This document shows positions 23,756 to 28,817 of a DNA stretch of 28,817 nt, piece by piece. Both the position numbers and the translations under genes were made by a program. Source of the stretch: an uncultured Candidatus Peribacteria bacterium (lineage in GTDB: Bacteria > Patescibacteriota > Gracilibacteria > Peribacterales > Peribacteraceae); assembly GCA_964507835.1 (NCBI GenBank), contig CAZDQZ010000001.1, positions 2,584-31,400 of the forward strand, read 5' to 3'. Below the pieces are notes generated by a model. That model had not been told where the DNA came from. It did not search any database and saw only the letters and a program-made list of their open reading frames with translations. The first letter of the stretch is position 1, and every line of letters begins with the position of its first letter.

Positions 23756-24181
23756 TCAAGGCCACCACACCGCACAAATCCCCCCACCAAAAGATGGGAT
23801 CGATCCTTGTCCGAGTGCGTACATATAGTCACAGAAGAACCGCATGATCATACCCACCATGATCGCAAGCACGAAACCGAGGACTGCGTACATCATCGCT
23901 TTCTTCCCCGTTTCTTTGCCCTCTTCGCCCCGTGAGAGTGTCATGCGCAGTGCGCCGTAGAGGAAGACGATGATGACGAGCCAGAAGAGGAAACCCGGAC
24001 CACCGCTCGACGGAAAGACGAGAGCGATGACTTTCGCGGTCAAGAATGTGATCGCATTCCCACTGTACCCACAACCGACAAAGCCCGTGCAATCCCACCC
24101 CGTATCCGTCAGGTGGAACCCCTGCGCAGATGCGACAAGCGGGAACAAAGAGCCGAGGAGGATGGAGAAGAAACGTCGCAT
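23756..24181 (-). CDS. TrbC/VirB2-like pilin 3
   Basis: Signal peptide (MRRFF...ASA|Q), CxxxxxC, two TM helices joined by S.GEEGKETGKK; start 1 nt after the upstream TAA. Confidence 0.75.
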   Translation of the reverse strand: MRRFFSILLGSLFPLVASAQGFHLTDTGWDCTGFVGCGYSGNAITFLTAKVIALVFPSSGGPGFLFWLVIIVFLYGALRMTLSRGEEGKETGKKAMMYAVLGFVLAIMVGMIMRFFCDYMYALGQGSIPSFGGGICAVWWP

Positions 24182-24182
24182 G

Positions 24183-24803
24183 TTAGAGAGTGGCGAAGGC
24201 ATTGGCGATGACTTGTGCAAGGTTGATGGCGATGGCGCCGATCGCAGCCCAGAAGAGCCCCTCCTTCGCCTTGTCGAACTGTTCCTGCTTCCCGAGCGAC
24301 ACGACCATCCACATACCGCAGTAGAGAGCGACACCAAGGATCGCGACGAAGAGGAGATCGAAAATCGTACTAATGAGCGTAGAGTTGGCAGAGAGCACGA
24401 GATCCGGATTCGGCACTCGATTCTGTACCTCGAGACCGATGAAATCGAGGAGTGAGCTACCGCTACCGACGCCAAGAGTAACGAAGTTCGCGGTTGCAAT
24501 GCCGATGACTGCCCACGTGATCGTCGTCTTGCCCTTCGTCACCCAGTCTTCTCTCCCCGCACTCAGGAGCATCTGCGCTCCCCCGACCATGATCATGAGC
24601 ACGCCGATGGCGTAGATGTAGACAGCGAAGTGTGATCCGAGGAGCTGAAAGACATTCGTGACATATTCCTGAAACGAGACTGAGGAACCGCATCCAGGCA
24701 GGTCTCCGCAGTAGATCCAGATCTCTCCGGGCACCGTCGCAAACGCAATTGTTGGAAGGACGAGGAGTGCCAGCGCCGATGAGAGAGAAGAGAGTATTCT
24801 CAT
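24183..24803 (-). CDS. TrbC/VirB2-like pilin 2 (two pilin repeats)
   Basis: Signal peptide, CxxxxxC, two TM-hairpin units (SAGREDWVTKGKTTITWAVIG; SLGKQEQFDKAKEGLFWAAIG); TGATG coupling with the upstream gene. Confidence 0.78.
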   Translation of the reverse strand: MRILSSLSSALALLVLPTIAFATVPGEIWIYCGDLPGCGSSVSFQEYVTNVFQLLGSHFAVYIYAIGVLMIMVGGAQMLLSAGREDWVTKGKTTITWAVIGIATANFVTLGVGSGSSLLDFIGLEVQNRVPNPDLVLSANSTLISTIFDLLFVAILGVALYCGMWMVVSLGKQEQFDKAKEGLFWAAIGAIAINLAQVIANAFATL

Positions 24804-25258
24804 CAAATGGATTGGAATCCAGTCGGATTGAAGAACTCGAGGAGTGCGCCAGAGAGCAGGAGAATAATCAGACCGATACCAGACCAGATGAGCTTCTGCT
24901 TGCCTGCATCGATCTTTCCGGACTCTCCGTTACTGAGAACGATGTCGAATCCACCACCGACGCCATTGAAGACGGCGAAAGCAACTGCGATGCGAAACGC
25001 CCACTGCCACACGCCGGTATTGACGTACGTTATGAAAGCTCCCAGCGGTCCTGCTGTCTGCGCTGGTGTGAAGTAGTTCGGCATGCCGGGGAACGGTTCG
25101 AGGATGCAGAGGTACGTCTCAGGGATACAGGAGCCATGACAACTCTGTGTATCCGCAGGACAAGTCGCGTACGAAACCGTCACGAACAGAACCGATAGCA
25201 CTCCCGAGAGCATGACGAGAAGAGTAAGCCGAGAGACAACAGAGTAATATCGATGCAT
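24803..25258 (-). CDS. TrbC/VirB2-like pilin 1
   Basis: Signal peptide, four Cys in the N-region, SNGESGKIDAGKQKLIWSGIG pilin hairpin; TGcTAGAAT 10 nt upstream. Confidence 0.78.
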   Translation of the reverse strand: MHRYYSVVSRLTLLVMLSGVLSVLFVTVSYATCPADTQSCHGSCIPETYLCILEPFPGMPNYFTPAQTAGPLGAFITYVNTGVWQWAFRIAVAFAVFNGVGGGFDIVLSNGESGKIDAGKQKLIWSGIGLIILLLSGALLEFFNPTGFQSI

Positions 25259-25339
25259 AAATCTCTATATTCTAGCACAAATAAGCGGAAAGGACAATGT
25301 AGAAACTCGTGATCTTGTACATGCTCTGCGCCTCACTCC

Positions 25340-25379
25340 GGCTCTGCGGAGCCACCTCTCTCCCCACAAGGGAGAGAGG
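25340..25379. repeat. Two short REP-like hairpins
   Basis: GGCTC-TGCG-GAGCC and CCTCTCTCCC-CACAA-GGGAGAGAGG. Confidence 0.6.
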
Positions 25380-25427
25380 AAACTGAGGAAATTCTTCTAT
25401 CACACTTCAGTGCTATCAAATACAACT

Positions 25428-25468
25428 CCCCTTCTCCACCTCAGTGGAGAAGGGGTAGGGGGATGAGG
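25428..25468 (-). repeat. REP-like palindrome, copy 2
   Basis: Minus strand CCTCATCCCCCTA followed by CCCCTTCTCCAC-TGAG-GTGGAGAAGGGG, just downstream of the mgtE stop. Confidence 0.8.
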
Positions 25469-25473
25469 GCTCC

Positions 25474-26811
25474 CTACTTCATAAATAACGACCCCAATCC
25501 TAGGAATACGAAGAATCCACACACATCGGTCATCGTCGTGACAAAGACGGTGCTCGCTGTGGCTGGATCGATCTTCAGGCGCTTCAAGACGAACGGAATG
25601 AGAGAGCCAAAGAACCCCGCGATGAAGAGATTGAAGACCATAGCAACGGTGAGGATGAGCCCGAGGATCATCGATTCTCCGAATGCAACGGCTGCCAGTC
25701 CCGCAAATACACCCGTGATGACACCGTTGAGGGTGCCTGCGAGAGCTTCTCGAAAGACCACCTTCCGAGCCTTCGGCCACGTAATTTCCCCGAGTGCGAG
25801 ACCACGGACGACGACCGCGAGAGCCTGTGTTGCTGTATTTCCTCCCTGACCAGCAACGATCGGCATGTAGACGGCGAGGACAGCAAACTTCGCGATCGTC
25901 CCCTCGAATAAACCAACGACGAACGAAGCGAGGAACGCGGTGAGTAAATTGATGAGCAACCAATTGTAGCGACGCTTCACCTTTGAAAATGCTGAGTCGA
26001 GTGCGTGTTCCTCTATGTCCACACCCGCGAAGCGAAAGATGTCTTCCGTCGCTTCTGCCTGCGCTACCTTCATGAGATCACGCAAATGAATGATGCCGAG
26101 TGGTCGCTCAAGATCATCGGTGACGCAGAGGATTTCACTGCGCATCCGCGACATGATCTCCATTACCTTCTCTCGATCAAGCTTGTGAGACACTGATGCA
26201 AGTGGAATTGTTTGATCCGTCACCGTCGTATTCATCGGTGGGAACAGAAGAACACGCTCCGGGATGAAACCGAGAAGTTTTCCGTCTAGATCCACGATGA
26301 GCACGGTAGGCATATCGCGCTTGCTTTCGACGTGTTGTTGCACTTTCAGGAGAACGTCCTTGAGTGTGAAGCTGGGTTGCACCACGATGAAGTTCAGATC
26401 CATGAGACCACCAGCTGTCTCGGAACCGAAGTTGAGGAGCTTCTCGATCTTCCTTCGCTTCTCCTCCTTCATAAAATTCAGAATCGAAACCCTTCTCTGT
26501 GCAGAGATATGCTGAAGGATATCGGTCGCATCGTCCTCAGCGCAGAAGTGGAGGAAACGCGCGATCACTTCATCTTTGAGGCGCGGGAAAATACGTCTTT
26601 TACTATCTTCGAGCAACACCATCGCCACGTCTGACTGCTTCTCGGGTGGCAGAGCCGAGAAAACTTTCCTCTTGCCGTTATGAAGCGCATCGATGACCTG
26701 CGCGAGCACGTGAAAATCCTGATGGGACACGAGCGTCGCCAGCTCTTTGTCTGCCTTGCGGGCAAGGAGCGCATCAATCTTGACGATGAGTTTCTCCTTG
26801 GTTTCCTTCAT
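25474..26811 (-). CDS. mgtE: Magnesium transporter MgtE
   Basis: N-domain, ETAGGLM, CBS pair, VYMPIVAGQGGN..TQ, IDPATAS..FVTTMTD. Confidence 0.93.
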   Translation of the reverse strand: MKETKEKLIVKIDALLARKADKELATLVSHQDFHVLAQVIDALHNGKRKVFSALPPEKQSDVAMVLLEDSKRRIFPRLKDEVIARFLHFCAEDDATDILQHISAQRRVSILNFMKEEKRRKIEKLLNFGSETAGGLMDLNFIVVQPSFTLKDVLLKVQQHVESKRDMPTVLIVDLDGKLLGFIPERVLLFPPMNTTVTDQTIPLASVSHKLDREKVMEIMSRMRSEILCVTDDLERPLGIIHLRDLMKVAQAEATEDIFRFAGVDIEEHALDSAFSKVKRRYNWLLINLLTAFLASFVVGLFEGTIAKFAVLAVYMPIVAGQGGNTATQALAVVVRGLALGEITWPKARKVVFREALAGTLNGVITGVFAGLAAVAFGESMILGLILTVAMVFNLFIAGFFGSLIPFVLKRLKIDPATASTVFVTTMTDVCGFFVFLGLGSLFMK

Positions 26812-26926
26812 ATGAATAGGACGAGAAAACGATCACAATGATGGTATAGGTTCTCGATCACGAAAAGAAGACCCCATGAATCTTACATGCTTCAAAGAAA
26901 TTCGAAAAACGGTATACTAGGTGTAT

Positions 26927-27000
26927 GCGGGATTCGTACAATGGTAGTACGCAAGCTTCCCAAGCTTGAGACGCGAGTTCGATTCTCGTATCCCGCTCCA
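26927..27000 (+). tRNA. tRNA-Gly (anticodon CCC)
   Basis: Full cloverleaf: GCGGGAT/ATCCCGC acceptor, CAAGC-TTCCCAA-GCTTG anticodon arm, TTCGATT T-loop, U73, encoded CCA; TATACT 8 nt upstream. Confidence 0.97.
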
Positions 27001-27004
27001 CTCT

Positions 27005-28378
27005 ATGCAAAAGATGAACCATCGTCGGTTACTTAATATTTGTGTCCTTGCGATGGCTTCATTCGCTCTTGCTATCGATATTGTTCAAATACTTTACAAG
27101 ACAGCAACGTCTTCTGGGTGGGTTGCGATTCTCAATGTCTTTGAAGGACTGGGAATGTTGCTGGCACTTTCCCTCCTTGGATTCATTATTCTTCCATGGG
27201 TCATTGTTACAATTTCAGTCACAGCTCTACTCGTCATCCGACAAGTACGTGAAAAGAAATGGGCATGGTTTTCAGTATCCATTATCGCTGCTTTTGTCAC
27301 CTTCACCTTTGCGAGCACAGCGCTCTTTGCGGTCGGCACTGTGTACTATGCATTTGTTCTGCGTCCCCAGTTAGGTCTGGAGATTACAAAGGGTAAAAGC
27401 TTCTGGCGTGGATTAGCAATTGTACAGGCACTGCTGACGGTGATTGTTATGATGACCTTGATTCCGATGTATGAAACGACGCGCTCAATCGTCATCAAAG
27501 CAACCCCAGGAGAGCAAGCTCCTTTCGACCTTACGACGCACGCATTGTCCTTACCACAGAACTTCCCGTCGGGGATGCACATCAAGCATTTAGCATTTAG
27601 TCCCGATGGTACAAGGGCTGCATATGTACTCAATCAATACAGCAATTACCCTAGTCCATACTTTGTTGCAGATGGTCTGGTGTACGACATCGATCCTACT
27701 TGGTATCCAGAACTAAGATTTTACTTTACTGATGACAGTGAACTACTTTTATTCCTTGTAACCAATGTTCGCAATGTAACCAAATTCACGGAGGAAGAGA
27801 GGCGGGAAGGTTCGTTTATTGGCATGAAAAATCGCAAAGACGACACATTGCATACTACCGTTCCACTGCAACGAGGGGAAAAAACGCATCAAATTCCTCA
27901 TCGCACGTATTCATTCGAGGACATCATGAAAAAACATCCCGAAAAGGAAAAAGAGGTGATTACTCATGGTGCGCGGACAGCTGAAGTCATGACAGTTCGT
28001 TATTGTGGTATGGGTGGTGAGTGTTTGTTTAAAGTCAAAGTAACGGAAGGCACGCAAGTAGTATTCGAGTCAGATATCTACAATCGAGAAGTACGGAACC
28101 TCACGTTCTCTGCCGACGGTCGGCACATCGCGTATACTGTCGGTAATCCAGAAAATAGTCGAGGGGACGGTGCCTACGTTGTTGTCGACGGCAAGCGGGG
28201 TATCATTGTTGACTCTGTTGCGTACGGATCGCTACGTTTCAGTCCGAACGGAAAATATATCGCGTATGGAGCAGAGAAAAGCGGAAATCTATGGTGGATT
28301 GTCGAGGAAGTAATTCCTGATGCTGGAAACATAACGATTAAATCTTTGGAAAAGATTGTGCGCACAATATCGAAATGA
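27005..28378 (+). CDS. Multi-TM membrane protein with C-terminal PD40/TolB-like beta-propeller repeats
   Basis: About five TM helices, then LAFSPDGTRAAY, LTFSADGRHIAY and LRFSPNGKYIAY; ATG 4 nt after the tRNA CCA. Confidence 0.78.
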   Translation: MQKMNHRRLLNICVLAMASFALAIDIVQILYKTATSSGWVAILNVFEGLGMLLALSLLGFIILPWVIVTISVTALLVIRQVREKKWAWFSVSIIAAFVTFTFASTALFAVGTVYYAFVLRPQLGLEITKGKSFWRGLAIVQALLTVIVMMTLIPMYETTRSIVIKATPGEQAPFDLTTHALSLPQNFPSGMHIKHLAFSPDGTRAAYVLNQYSNYPSPYFVADGLVYDIDPTWYPELRFYFTDDSELLLFLVTNVRNVTKFTEEERREGSFIGMKNRKDDTLHTTVPLQRGEKTHQIPHRTYSFEDIMKKHPEKEKEVITHGARTAEVMTVRYCGMGGECLFKVKVTEGTQVVFESDIYNREVRNLTFSADGRHIAYTVGNPENSRGDGAYVVVDGKRGIIVDSVAYGSLRFSPNGKYIAYGAEKSGNLWWIVEEVIPDAGNITIKSLEKIVRTISK

Positions 28379-28742
28379 TCTTTATTGTCCGAGTGTGCAT
28401 GAAGATACCGCAAAAATTCTTCTTGAAAGAGATGTTGCAGGAATCGACATTGATACGCTGTCACCCGATTCGGGCGGAATTGACTAACTCTGTGGATAGA
28501 GTGCTACTTGGCGCTGGAAAATACCTAGTAAAAAACGAAACAAATGCAAAAGCTCACACACAGGTGTCAGCTTCATGATTATGCCAATGAAGATTAAGGA
28601 CGGAACAGAGGCACCATTCAGACTAGTGACGATCATAGACACAAGCTCCGAGTCGGACATAAGAGTTGTAATAACATCCAATACAGCGTCCACTTGCGCA
28701 GAACCTTTGCCTTCCGTACCATAACGGGGCTCTTTGGATTCT

Positions 28743-28816
28743 GCGGGTATCGTACAATGGTAGTACGGCGCCTTGCCATGGCGCAGACGCGGGTTCGATT
28801 CCCGCTACCCGCTCCA
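28743..28816 (+). tRNA. tRNA-Gly (anticodon GCC)
   Basis: GCGGGTA/TACCCGC acceptor, GCGCC-TTGCCAT-GGCGC anticodon arm, TTCGATT T-loop, U73, CCA. Confidence 0.97.
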
Positions 28817-28817
28817 A

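Noticed and set aside
24182-24499. N-terminal extension of the 247-aa ORF
   Set aside because: It overlaps pilin 2 on the same strand in another frame; the signal peptide starts at ATG 24181.
26966-27004. Extended start of the membrane protein
   Set aside because: It overlaps the tRNA-Gly gene; ATG 27005 is more plausible.
552-28464. Numerous 60-150-aa alternative-frame ORFs in the six-frame track
   Set aside because: They overlap confidently assigned genes and lack motifs; they are shadow ORFs of GC-rich coding DNA.
28484-28693. 69-aa minus-strand ORF as a small membrane protein
   Set aside because: GTG start, no recognisable motif and no supporting signals; cannot be supported without a homology search.
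26927-28816. UGA-to-Gly recoding (code 25) or a suppressor tRNA
   Set aside because: The anticodons are CCC and GCC, long housekeeping ORFs are intact under code 11, and several end in TGA.
26927-28816. Non-proteinogenic tRNA-Gly dedicated to the FemX-like ligase
   Set aside because: Both tRNAs keep the D-loop GG, T-loop TTCG and a strong G51-C63-type T-stem pair, as in normal translational tRNAs.

Overview
This 28.8-kb window is chromosomal DNA from a bacterium using genetic code 11. Gene content (membrane-anchored MurF, FemX-like ligase, stand-alone VirB4-like ATPase, VirB2-like and type IV pilins, SLH protein, Ser-rich linkers, no Shine-Dalgarno sites) suggests a CPR/Patescibacteria organism, probably Peribacteria-like (inference). 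It holds a Ser/Thr kinase, a cell-wall cluster (alpha/beta hydrolase, murF, DegT-family aminotransferase, FemX-like), an SH3/deacetylase-like lipoprotein, argS, a lipoprotein-virB4-pilin block, nrnA-like, rbfA, fmt, an SLH protein, a PUR-family protein, metG, three VirB2-like pilins, mgtE, and two tRNA-Gly genes bracketing an AT-rich membrane-protein gene. No integrase, transposase, cas gene or CRISPR array was seen. The most striking unexplained signal is about ten short degenerate tracts with strict 7-bp periodicity, plus a few with 9-bp periodicity. They lie in-frame in loops of housekeeping proteins, supply a stop codon, fill a divergent promoter region and appear to interrupt the start of the DegT gene. 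In two coding tracts the unit that would give an in-frame stop carries a variant that avoids it. A phased DnaA-box cluster and several structured intergenic palindromes are also present. All of this was read by eye; no searches or computations were run.
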